Shown piece after piece: positions 7,910 to 17,234 of a DNA stretch of 33,569 nucleotides (the first letter of the stretch is position 1; every line of letters begins with the position of its first letter). Both the position numbers and the translations under genes were made by a program. The notes under the pieces are model-generated. The model worked only from the letters and a program-made list of their open reading frames with translations, was not told where the DNA came from and did no database searches. Origin of the DNA: Promethearchaeota archaeon. GTDB lineage: Archaea > Asgardarchaeota > Lokiarchaeia > Sigyniarchaeales > SOKP01. The stretch covers positions 1-33,569 of the forward strand of contig RDOE01000035.1 in the NCBI GenBank assembly GCA_011364975.1. The letters are read 5' to 3'.

Positions 7910-9817
7910 TTGCGAAAGAACAATGAAGTAATAATTTTAAAATTAGGTGGAAGTTTATTAACTGATAAAAATCAACCATTTTCAATAAGACAAAACGTAA
8001 TAGAAAATTCAATTGATCAAATAATAAATTATAACAAACCACTTATTTTAATTCATGGAGGGGGATCTTTTGGTCACCCCCTAGCAAAAAAGTATGAAAT
8101 TTCTGAAGGACGGAACATTTCTATTGAAAACCAAGTATTAGGGCTTTCAAAAACACACGAGGCTATGAATAAATTAAATTCACTACTAATTAATAAGTTT
8201 TTAGAGAAAAATTTTCCCGTGATTCCTTTTCAACCTTCTAGTATTTTTTTCAAAAATTATGAGAAAATCTCAACACCTACGATAGATATAATTGAAACTG
8301 CACTGGATATTGAACTATTGCCTATTTTATATGGAGATATCATTTTTGACATAAATGGTTCTTTTTCAATTATTTCAGGAGACAAAATAATTCTTGAATT
8401 ATGCAAAAAATTAAAGCATTATAAAGTTTCAAAAGTTATATTTGCAATTGAAAAGGATGGGATTTTTGTACGTAGCAACAACAAAGACGAAGATTATCAA
8501 AAATTAGTATCTGAAATTAGCTATGATGATTTAGACAATTTAGTCTTAGCTAATTTAGATAACAAAATCGATGTTACGGGAGGAATCCGTGGAAAGATTG
8601 ATATTATTAAAAAAATTTGTAAAAAACATATTCCTGTTCAAATAATAAACGGTATGAAGGAAGAATTTATCATGAAGGCTTTAAAATCTAAAGATATAGT
8701 ATGCACAAAAATAAATCCACCTAATAAAGATAAATTAGAAGATATTAGGGAGAGAAAATTAGATCATTTAAAAATTCCGATAGAATATGACGTACAACAT
8801 AGGATAAACCATTTTAAGGATATAAAGTTGCTCCATTATCCACTTCCGCAAATAGATATTAGTGAAGTTAATCTTTCTACTAGATTCTTTAATAAAATGA
8901 TCTCTGCTCCGATTTGTATAGCTGCTATAACGGGCGGACATGCTTTATCAGGAAGAATTAACGAGATTTTAGCGAAAGCGGCTGAAGCTGAAAATGTAAT
9001 TATGAGTGTGGGTAGCCAACGAGTTGGATTAATGGATCCTACATCAGTTGAAACGTTCAAGGTGGTGAGGAAGGTCGCTCCAAATATCCCTATAATTGGA
9101 AATTTAGGCATTGGCCAGATCAGTGACCCTAAATTTAACATTGAAGACTTTAAAAGCTGTATTGAAATGATTAATGCTGATGTTATGGCTATTCATTTTA
9201 ATGCTCTACATGAATTAGTTCAAGATAAAGGGGATATTTCATATAAAAATTTCAATAAGAATTTCGAAAAAATTAGAAATACTTACGAAATTCCGATCAT
9301 CGCAAAAGAAGTGGGAACCGGCTTTAATCAAGAAGTAGCCATAAATTTAGAAAAACTTGGTTTTGATGGTTTTGACATTGGTGGAACTGGAGGCACCAGT
9401 TTTGCAGCTATAGAATCTAACCGGGATAATTTTGATAATGATAAGTATTCACGTAATCCTGCTGAGGTTTTTAGGGAATGGGGTATACCAACACCAATCA
9501 GTATATTAAATGTGAGAAAAATATCGCAAAAGCTCATAATTGCAACCGGGGGGTTAAAAACAGGTTTGGATATTGCTAAAAGTATAGCATTAGGAGCAGA
9601 TATAAGTGGTTTTGCTTACAAATTCCTTATAACCGCATGGGAAGATATGAAAATTCATACAATTTCTAATACAATAAAGGAAATAAAGACATTAAAAAAC
9701 GAATTACGGTCTAGCTTATGGCTAATGAATCTTAAGAGTCCACTCGAGTTGAAAGGTAATCAGAAAAAATACATACTCCTTGGAAAACTTAATCAGTGGT
9801 TAAATCAAAATTATTAG
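7910..9817 (+). CDS. fni: Fusion of isopentenyl phosphate kinase (N-terminal ~270 aa) and type 2 FMN-dependent isopentenyl-diphosphate isomerase (C-terminal)
   Basis: IPK: LKLGGSLLTDK, HGGGSFGH, SGD, DVTGGIRGKI. IDI-2: RKLDH, ITGG, GSQR, GNLG, KEVGTG, GGTSF, WGIPT, TGGLKTGLDIAKSIALGA. One uninterrupted frame. Confidence 0.94.
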   Translation: MRKNNEVIILKLGGSLLTDKNQPFSIRQNVIENSIDQIINYNKPLILIHGGGSFGHPLAKKYEISEGRNISIENQVLGLSKTHEAMNKLNSLLINKFLEKNFPVIPFQPSSIFFKNYEKISTPTIDIIETALDIELLPILYGDIIFDINGSFSIISGDKIILELCKKLKHYKVSKVIFAIEKDGIFVRSNNKDEDYQKLVSEISYDDLDNLVLANLDNKIDVTGGIRGKIDIIKKICKKHIPVQIINGMKEEFIMKALKSKDIVCTKINPPNKDKLEDIRERKLDHLKIPIEYDVQHRINHFKDIKLLHYPLPQIDISEVNLSTRFFNKMISAPICIAAITGGHALSGRINEILAKAAEAENVIMSVGSQRVGLMDPTSVETFKVVRKVAPNIPIIGNLGIGQISDPKFNIEDFKSCIEMINADVMAIHFNALHELVQDKGDISYKNFNKNFEKIRNTYEIPIIAKEVGTGFNQEVAINLEKLGFDGFDIGGTGGTSFAAIESNRDNFDNDKYSRNPAEVFREWGIPTPISILNVRKISQKLIIATGGLKTGLDIAKSIALGADISGFAYKFLITAWEDMKIHTISNTIKEIKTLKNELRSSLWLMNLKSPLELKGNQKKYILLGKLNQWLNQNY

Positions 9818-9860
9818 TTCTTTATCTGAATAGTCAATTTAAACGAAGTTAGGTATTAGA

Positions 9861-10409
9861 CTAATAATCTCCCCATCTTTTTATCTCGCTCTCAATACCA
9901 ACGTGATCTAAAATTCTACAAACAAAATATTCATGAAGTTCATCAATATTTTTAGGTTTTATGTAGTAGGAAGGAATCGGAGGAGCTATTATAACTCCAA
10001 GTTTTGATAATTTAAGCATGTTTTCCAAATGAATTGCGCTAAAAGGACTTTCTCTTACCACAAGGATAAGTTTTCTATTTTCTTTTATCATTACATCTGC
10101 TGCTCGAGTAATCAAATTATCGGCATAACCATTAGCGATAGAAGCTAAGGTTTTCATTGAACAAGGTATTATAATCATTGCATTCACTTTATATGAGCCG
10201 CTAGCTGGTGGTGCAGTTAAATCATCAGCATTATAGTTTTTATCTGCTAATTTTCGAATATCTTCCACTTTATATTCAGATTCAATCTTAATGATTTTTT
10301 CAGCTATTTTTGATATTATTAATTCTGTTTTAATATCCTTTATTTTTAATTTTTCCAATAATTTAACCGCAAGTATTATACCTGAGGCACCTGTAATCGC
10401 AATTAACAC
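9861..10409 (-). CDS. ubiX: Flavin prenyltransferase UbiX (supplies prFMN to the UbiD-type AMPD)
   Basis: ITGASG, ASGS, PCSMKTLASIANG, NLITRAADV, RESP..IHLENM motifs; GTG start with upstream GGAG. Confidence 0.95.
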   Translation of the reverse strand: MLIAITGASGIILAVKLLEKLKIKDIKTELIISKIAEKIIKIESEYKVEDIRKLADKNYNADDLTAPPASGSYKVNAMIIIPCSMKTLASIANGYADNLITRAADVMIKENRKLILVVRESPFSAIHLENMLKLSKLGVIIAPPIPSYYIKPKNIDELHEYFVCRILDHVGIESEIKRWGDY

Positions 10410-10506
10410 TTTGTTCTCTCTCCATTAATGTTTGAATTTTATTATTTCTGAATAATATTTAATTATTTTAGTGATTTTTTAAAAAACATTTTTTAAACAA
10501 AAAATA

Positions 10507-11574
10507 TTAAAATTTTCTATTAACCACAAAATTTAATAAGTCATTAAAGAACTCCAAATCTGAGTCATTTATTACAGATTCCAATTTTTCAAGTGAGTCT
10601 CTTGCTTCTTCATAATATTTTTTTGCCAGCATTTTGCTTGAATTAGTTACATCTGCTTTAAGAAACATCGCTTTAATTTCTTTTACCTCTGAATCTGTTA
10701 TTTCTTGTCTCTCAATTAACTGATTAAGGCGATCTACGTCGTTATTTTCCAACTTATTATACGCTTCAATCAATAAACAAGTTTTCTTTCCTTCTCTAAT
10801 ATCACCGTCAGTAGGCTTTCCTGTAATCTTTTCATCTCCGAAAGTTCCTAAAATATCGTCAATGATTTGAAAAATAATTCCTAAATTAATCCCATAAGTT
10901 GATAACATAGTCTTGTATTTATCTTGAACCTTAGCATAGTTTGCTCCTATTAAAATTGATTTTTCTAGCAGAGCACCAGTTTTCAATGAAATCATTTCAA
11001 TATAATCTTCAATTGCCAAAATTTTACGATTTACCATATCTGTTTCAATCAAAACTCCATTAGCAATTTCTATAAAAGCTTGTTGATAATAATTAATAGC
11101 ATTTAAATTCAAATCCCATTTAAAGTCATTATAAAGATAAGCATCTAAACCTAAGAAAAATGCTGAATCACCCCCTATAATCCCTATTGAGTTACCAAAA
11201 TCAATATTATTCATCTTATTCAGACTATAATTCTGATGATAATTTTGAAATCTATAATGAAACGCAGGATTTCCTCTTCTAAAATTGTCTTTATCTATGA
11301 TATCATCATGTATTAATGAAGCATTATGAAGAAATTCTACTCCAACACTAGGAAATATTATCCTTTCATCTTTTTCATTGCTAAACGCATTAAATGAAGC
11401 AATACATAATAACGGGCGGATTCTTTTTCCCCCTGCTAAAAAATAGTTTTTTAATTCCTGGTAATACTCTTGTAAAAAGCTATTTTTGACCTCTTTTAAC
11501 TTCTTATCGTAAATTATACTAATCGCATCGTTAATTTTTTCATTATAATATTTTACATATTCTGGAAATTTCAT
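10507..11574 (-). CDS. idsA: trans-isoprenyl diphosphate synthase (GGPP/GFPP or longer polyprenyl synthase)
   Basis: GGKRIRP, FARM LIHDDIIDKDNFRRG, KTGAL, SARM FQIIDDILG, GKP..GDIREGKKT. Confidence 0.92.
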   Translation of the reverse strand: MKFPEYVKYYNEKINDAISIIYDKKLKEVKNSFLQEYYQELKNYFLAGGKRIRPLLCIASFNAFSNEKDERIIFPSVGVEFLHNASLIHDDIIDKDNFRRGNPAFHYRFQNYHQNYSLNKMNNIDFGNSIGIIGGDSAFFLGLDAYLYNDFKWDLNLNAINYYQQAFIEIANGVLIETDMVNRKILAIEDYIEMISLKTGALLEKSILIGANYAKVQDKYKTMLSTYGINLGIIFQIIDDILGTFGDEKITGKPTDGDIREGKKTCLLIEAYNKLENNDVDRLNQLIERQEITDSEVKEIKAMFLKADVTNSSKMLAKKYYEEARDSLEKLESVINDSDLEFFNDLLNFVVNRKF

Positions 11575-11589
11575 CTTTTGATATCTCCT

Positions 11590-12696
11590 TTAAATTAATT
11601 TCCTCATAACAATTTCGGAGCTCCTGTATTTTTCCCAAAGTGATAAAAACTTCTTTAAAGTCTCATCATTATCAAATATTTTATCTCTCGCTGTCCTTTT
11701 AGCCTTTAATACTCTTAGAAAATTTTTATCTAATAATCTTTCATATTGAGTTCCTAATTTATCAAGCCTATCTTTTGATTCACATGATTTAATAGACTCA
11801 ATAGCAAATTGACCAGACATCATAGCATATGGGATTCCTTTTCCACTTATTGGATCCACAATTCCTCCAGCGTCTCCCACTGCAAATACATTCTCTTTAT
11901 AAAGTTGAGACCTTAAACCTACAGGAATCAAATGTGGTTTAAATATTTCAATTGCTGAATTTTTTAGAGCGGTTTGTACAAAGGGGAGAGCTACAAATTT
12001 TTTAAACTCTTCCCTTGAATTCTTTATTAGATTAATTTGGTTTCCCCAGCCCACCGTTATAATTTCTTCTTTTGGAAATAACCAGGCATACCCAATTGGA
12101 ATTAGGTTTTTAATTCCGAAAAATAAATGAACTACATCAGATCCCAGAGTACTATTAATATAGGATTTTGAAGTTTTCATTTCTTTGGTTATTGTCAAAA
12201 TAAGATTCGATTTTTCGAAAAATGGCCATTTAAGTGCTTTCAGAGTGGATGATGTAACACCATCAGCGGCGATTACATACTTTGTAGAATATTTTTCATT
12301 TTTTGTGTTAATTTGATATGAATCCCCAATCTTAACTATCCTTATGAGTCTTTCTCTATCTTTTAATATCACTCCACTAGCAACAGCCATATCGGATAAA
12401 AATTTGTCAAATACGCTGCGCCAGATTACAGCTCCTTTACCTTTTTTTGAAAAATCGTAACCATCAACATGGTGTAATTCTAGAGATTCTATAATTCTTC
12501 CAATCATATTCTCGGGATAATCAATTTCTTCTACTAACTCCCATGCTATTGCCCCACCACAAGCTTTATACCTTCCACCTTCATTAAGGCTCTCTTTTTC
12601 AAGTAAACATACAGAATATCCATTTTCTGCAGCAGTTTTAGCAGCTATTGAGCCTCCAGGTCCAGCTCCAACAACAATTATATCATAATTTTGCAT
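11590..12696 (-). CDS. Geranylgeranyl reductase family FAD oxidoreductase
   Basis: GAGPGGS FAD motif, KACGG, R..FD, GYAWLFPK (YxWxFP), GDAGG.VDP.SG.GI; co-oriented with idsA. Confidence 0.88.
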   Translation of the reverse strand: MQNYDIIVVGAGPGGSIAAKTAAENGYSVCLLEKESLNEGGRYKACGGAIAWELVEEIDYPENMIGRIIESLELHHVDGYDFSKKGKGAVIWRSVFDKFLSDMAVASGVILKDRERLIRIVKIGDSYQINTKNEKYSTKYVIAADGVTSSTLKALKWPFFEKSNLILTITKEMKTSKSYINSTLGSDVVHLFFGIKNLIPIGYAWLFPKEEIITVGWGNQINLIKNSREEFKKFVALPFVQTALKNSAIEIFKPHLIPVGLRSQLYKENVFAVGDAGGIVDPISGKGIPYAMMSGQFAIESIKSCESKDRLDKLGTQYERLLDKNFLRVLKAKRTARDKIFDNDETLKKFLSLWEKYRSSEIVMRKLI

Positions 12697-12843
12697 GAAA
12701 CTTCAATCTTTAATTAATTTTAGAACTAAGTAAAAAGATAATGATTCTATAAAAAGAGTATCACATAAACAATATTCTTAATAATAGAGAATATAAAATA
12801 TACTGAATCGCCTTTTATTCAATAATAGAATATGATGAATAAA

Positions 12844-13434
12844 TTACAGAAGTTTCAAATCATTTGTCTCAGCTGATAATTTATCTAAAAAATCTATCAT
12901 TTCTTTCTTTCTATTATTACCAATTTCTTTAGCTTTATCTGAATATAATTTTTGAGGTAATTCATTACAAAATCTTCTAACTATTTTTAATGCACTTGCC
13001 AAATCTGGGGTCCAGTCATCAATACCAACAATAGATAATATTCTTGTAATCCCAATTATACCCATAAAGTCTAACGTATCAGCATCATGAAACAATATTG
13101 ACTCAATATTATTCGAAGGATTATTATAAAACATATGACTACTGATAATCTCTTTTACTTTTGGAATTTTAACTTGAGGGAAACCTAACTCTTGAAGAAT
13201 CTTATCACAATTCTGGACAGTCACCTCACCATGATCTTTCCCTTCTTGTTTATATGGCTTAAAAGCACCTATATCATGTAAATATGCCGCAGCAAATATA
13301 CAATCTTCATCTATAATTCTTTCTTGATAAGCTGCTAGTTCAATTGTTAAATCATAGGTACGTCTGAAATGGGAAAAACCCCACGCAGGGTGCTCAAATA
13401 TTTTTGCGAAATTTATAATTCTGGCTCTCCACAT
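12844..13434 (-). CDS. HD-domain metal-dependent phosphohydrolase
   Basis: H...H..R, AAYLHDIG, H, SH, DADTLD..G..G..R pattern. Confidence 0.88.
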   Translation of the reverse strand: MWRARIINFAKIFEHPAWGFSHFRRTYDLTIELAAYQERIIDEDCIFAAAYLHDIGAFKPYKQEGKDHGEVTVQNCDKILQELGFPQVKIPKVKEIISSHMFYNNPSNNIESILFHDADTLDFMGIIGITRILSIVGIDDWTPDLASALKIVRRFCNELPQKLYSDKAKEIGNNRKKEMIDFLDKLSAETNDLKLL

Positions 13435-13563
13435 AAAAACAATATATTAAACATATAATTAATAATTTAATGACTTCTACTTAAAATTAAAAGATATTAA
13501 ATGACAAAACGATTTATAAACAATTTTACAAAAATTTAAATTTGTTTACCCAACTTTTGTTTT

Positions 13564-14313
13564 ATGACATATACACCGTTTGAACTTCGCGTTTTGCCAA
13601 TGTTTCTTTATTATTTTGCACTCTCGATATTCAGTATTATTCTTACAGTCAAGATGTATTTGAAATGGCGAGAAAGAAAAGTACCTCCACCTCTTTATTT
13701 AACATATACGTTTATATTTTTTGCCCTTGCAATAATAATGCTAACTATCGGCTTATCTGAGGCAGTTATTACAGGATTTTATAAAGAGGTTTATCGATTT
13801 TCTTTGCCTTTCGCATATGCTATGGTGATTCTTGCAGATATAACCCTTTTTAAGTTCGTAAGTTTTCTCACCAATAGTGGGAAAAAAATCTTCATTCCTT
13901 TAGTTATAATAGGATTAATAGTAATCATTATTTTATTTTTACCATGGAACTGGTGGGGAGTTCCTCCAGAAGATTATGCAGGCATGCTGAATATTAGATT
14001 ATATTCAACCCTTAGCTTAGTTATTTATTCATATTTTATATATATCCAAATAGCAATTACTAGCAAAAAGGGTATGGGGGCAACGCAGGATAAAATCACT
14101 CATATGGGTCTAAAACTTTTATTTTATGCTATGATCTCAATGATTCTCTTCTTTCTAATGTTTATTGGGGACACTTTAATGATTGCTTTATTCGATCATC
14201 CAGGATATTCTGAATTTGTATATATTGCCTGGATTTTTGCTATTTTAGCATATATTCTTATGTATTTATCCTTGGTTATGCCAAAATGGTTAGTGAATCG
14301 AATTCAAAAATAA
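13564..14313 (+). CDS. Hypothetical membrane protein, about 7 TM helices
   Basis: Seven hydrophobic 20-25 aa segments, basic loop after TM1 (KWRERK), ends MPKWL; no Lys inside helix 7. Confidence 0.75.
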   Translation: MTYTPFELRVLPMFLYYFALSIFSIILTVKMYLKWRERKVPPPLYLTYTFIFFALAIIMLTIGLSEAVITGFYKEVYRFSLPFAYAMVILADITLFKFVSFLTNSGKKIFIPLVIIGLIVIIILFLPWNWWGVPPEDYAGMLNIRLYSTLSLVIYSYFIYIQIAITSKKGMGATQDKITHMGLKLLFYAMISMILFFLMFIGDTLMIALFDHPGYSEFVYIAWIFAILAYILMYLSLVMPKWLVNRIQK

Positions 14314-14318
14314 AAATC

Positions 14319-14337
14319 TTTTTTTTATTTTTTTTTT
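14319..14337 (+). terminator. Possible oligo-T archaeal terminator between convergent genes
   Basis: T8-A-T10 run just after the stop of 13564..14313; partly the antisense of the terminal Lys codons of the GH38 gene. Confidence 0.35.
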
Positions 14338-17114
14338 ATTGTAATTCGAAATGTTGCTATTACGTGCGAATCTAATGAAATTTTAAAATCACATCGATTA
14401 GCCGAAACGATCTTAGCCTTGATTGGATTAATAGGTTTTTCTTCTAATAAGTTTACAAGCTCAACTTTTTCTATTATTAAACCATCATAAAGTGATACAT
14501 TTGCTTCTTCATATGTAGGTGAAATATTATAGACTCTCAATATAAGATTATTTCCTTCTTCAGACCTTTTTAAAGCACTTAATATAATCTTATTATTATT
14601 AATTTCTATAAAGCTAAGCTTTTCGGGCAAATATGGTTCTAAATCTAACGCTTTAGTAGCTCCGAAGTAAGATAATATCCCGAAAGGTAATAATACAACC
14701 CTATCTGAAACCCGAAGTGAAGTTCGAGCCATAAATGGAAAAATTATTTTTAGAGGATTATTAAATTCTTTTGCCCTTCCATGAATATTGGATTCTATCC
14801 AATTTGGTTTATTACTCTCTATAACTAAAGACAACTCAAATGTATGCTTTCCTAAGCATTGAGCTTCAGGAGTATTTAGATCAGGACCTGCATTAGATCT
14901 TCTCGTATTTACATCAACTCGCGATAACCATTCGATGCATCTTAACAATGTTATTGCTATAATAATAGTATTATCTTCATTTTTAATAGCCTCATATTCA
15001 GGTAAACCTTTATTAAACACCGCAAAAGTTCGCATGTTATCATTAATACTAATAAAATCCTTCTGATGATTTGTAGGTAAGGCTTTTTGTGCCCACCCTT
15101 CTGAGTTTGGTAATTCAATATCTCTTGATATGACATAAAAATGCCCGTCTGCTTCAACTTGATTTGAAATGATCATTGATGGAAAAAGCACTCTTATTCT
15201 ATGATCTTTACTATTATTCTCCAAATCTATTCTAAAATCTATTCTTTTAATATCATTATAAAGACTAATATAAATATCAATTGGATTAGATACTAAATAG
15301 GTATCTCTATTATAACGGTCTTCTGAAAAAGAAGCTGGTAAATTTAGATTTGCTTTAATTAGTAAGGTTTTATGAGTCGGTCCATCAAAATAGGGTTGAA
15401 TTGAGAGAATATTGAGATCTTCAGATGTGAATCTAAGGTCAGTTTGGTTATCATTCGGTCCAGAAAAATCATATTCATCCCCCCAATCCCCTATATCTTC
15501 AAAAAAGCATATTTTTTCGTACCAAACTTTACTTTCTTTGTCAAAAACACTTATATCTCCTTTTAATGAAACTTTAACTTTATAAAATTGGTTTTCAACC
15601 ATTCTAATATCTAAATGCAATGTTTCAGGAGTATTTTCAAAAACAGAGGGTTTTTTTTCAGGGATGATGTAATATGTAGAATAACCACAAGCAGGAACAT
15701 CAGCAATGAAAGTACACAAGGCACTTTTACCTTCTACTTGAGTATATCGTGGGTTTTCTTTAATTGGAATAATTTGGTATTCAACTTCTTCCTCCTCAGT
15801 ATTAATTATTCTGAAAAAGTCAGAAGTTTTTAATCCCACACTCTTTATATTTGAAATTATATTAAATTGAACAATATCATTTCTTTTCCAAGGAAGAGGG
15901 TTATAAATAATAAGCGGAATAATATTATTTTCATCTTTTAATTTTACTAGATTTGACAAATGGATAATAGAATTCTTAAATATTTCTTCTCCTATTTGTT
16001 CTGCCCAATCAAATCGTGTGGTCATTTCTCTATGTACTTGATCAATACTACAGCCACAAATTGAGTCATGTGGATGATTCTTTAAAAGCCACCTCAAACC
16101 AGTAAGTATATATGAGTTAGGATAATTAAATTTTTCATATTTATCAAGTACCCATGTTATTGTTGAGATAGGTTCAGTATATTTTTCATATAAATATTCT
16201 ATCTGTGTATTTCTCTGCTTAATCCACATCCTTGCTGAAAGTACTCCTGAAAGTAGATGGGCATACTTTCCACCTCTAAGTTCTCCTTGAAATGATTTTA
16301 GAGTGGGTTTACAGCGCAATACTTTATATGAATAATCTTCAAAATCATTTTGCTCCATTCTTATATCGGGATACATCTCATTCCATTCTCTTATAATTTC
16401 AGGTATTTCTGGTTTTGCTTCATGATGATCTGATCCACTATTAAGAAGCACAATCGGAGTGGCAATATATTTTTCAAAATTATTAATAACTCGTTTAATT
16501 TTATGTAATGCTAATTTATATCTTCCGCTTTTTTTGGAAAGGTTTAAATCAGCTACAGAACCATAACTCATTATGAGATGAATTGCTAAAATTGAAGCTA
16601 CTTTCCCAGGAGCATTCCATTGAAACTCTATATTTAAATTGTTTTTTTCAAATTCATTACCAAAACCACGCCAAAATATTATTGAAGGGAGCTCAAAACC
16701 GCTCAGAATTTGGGGTAATTGAGCAATATGGCCAAATGGATCTGGAATATATCCCGCTTTCATTACCCTTCCAAATTTTTTGGCTATCTGATGCCCTATT
16801 AATAAATTTCTAATTGTAGATTCTCCACTAACTAAGAATTCATCAGGCAAAATGTACATCGGACCTATCGAAAGTCTTTTCTGTTTTACAAAATTCTCAA
16901 TTTCTTCCCTCTTTTCTGGTCTTACCTCTAAATAATCTTCTAAAGGTATTGTTTGACCATCTAATGTGAAATTAGTATAAGTAGGATCATTATTAAGAAT
17001 ATCTAAAAGTTTATCCATCATTAACACTAATTTCGCTCTGTACTCTTGAAAGGGGAGATACCATTCTCTATCCCAGTGAGTTTCAGGGACAATAATAACA
17101 TATTTCGCTTTCAT
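14325..17114 (-). CDS. Glycoside hydrolase family 38 alpha-mannosidase (MngB-like)
   Basis: THWDREW, FTLDGQ, PDEFLVSGES, PDPFGH, HDSICGCS, DWGDEY, ITLLRC motifs; 929 aa. Confidence 0.92.
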   Translation of the reverse strand: MKAKYVIIVPETHWDREWYLPFQEYRAKLVLMMDKLLDILNNDPTYTNFTLDGQTIPLEDYLEVRPEKREEIENFVKQKRLSIGPMYILPDEFLVSGESTIRNLLIGHQIAKKFGRVMKAGYIPDPFGHIAQLPQILSGFELPSIIFWRGFGNEFEKNNLNIEFQWNAPGKVASILAIHLIMSYGSVADLNLSKKSGRYKLALHKIKRVINNFEKYIATPIVLLNSGSDHHEAKPEIPEIIREWNEMYPDIRMEQNDFEDYSYKVLRCKPTLKSFQGELRGGKYAHLLSGVLSARMWIKQRNTQIEYLYEKYTEPISTITWVLDKYEKFNYPNSYILTGLRWLLKNHPHDSICGCSIDQVHREMTTRFDWAEQIGEEIFKNSIIHLSNLVKLKDENNIIPLIIYNPLPWKRNDIVQFNIISNIKSVGLKTSDFFRIINTEEEEVEYQIIPIKENPRYTQVEGKSALCTFIADVPACGYSTYYIIPEKKPSVFENTPETLHLDIRMVENQFYKVKVSLKGDISVFDKESKVWYEKICFFEDIGDWGDEYDFSGPNDNQTDLRFTSEDLNILSIQPYFDGPTHKTLLIKANLNLPASFSEDRYNRDTYLVSNPIDIYISLYNDIKRIDFRIDLENNSKDHRIRVLFPSMIISNQVEADGHFYVISRDIELPNSEGWAQKALPTNHQKDFISINDNMRTFAVFNKGLPEYEAIKNEDNTIIIAITLLRCIEWLSRVDVNTRRSNAGPDLNTPEAQCLGKHTFELSLVIESNKPNWIESNIHGRAKEFNNPLKIIFPFMARTSLRVSDRVVLLPFGILSYFGATKALDLEPYLPEKLSFIEINNNKIILSALKRSEEGNNLILRVYNISPTYEEANVSLYDGLIIEKVELVNLLEEKPINPIKAKIVSANRCDFKISLDSHVIATFRITIKKK

Positions 17115-17234
17115 CTTTATCGTAATTTTCCTATAATATAATGATTCTTCTACATCTTGCAGAAAAAAAATTCATTTATTAAATTCTTTTTTATAAGAAT
17201 ATGAAAAAAAAGTTATGAATTCTTAATATTTTAG

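Noticed and set aside
13564-14313. Microbial rhodopsin (schizorhodopsin/heliorhodopsin)
   Set aside because: No Schiff-base Lys motif in helix 7 and no RYxxW-type motif in helix 3.
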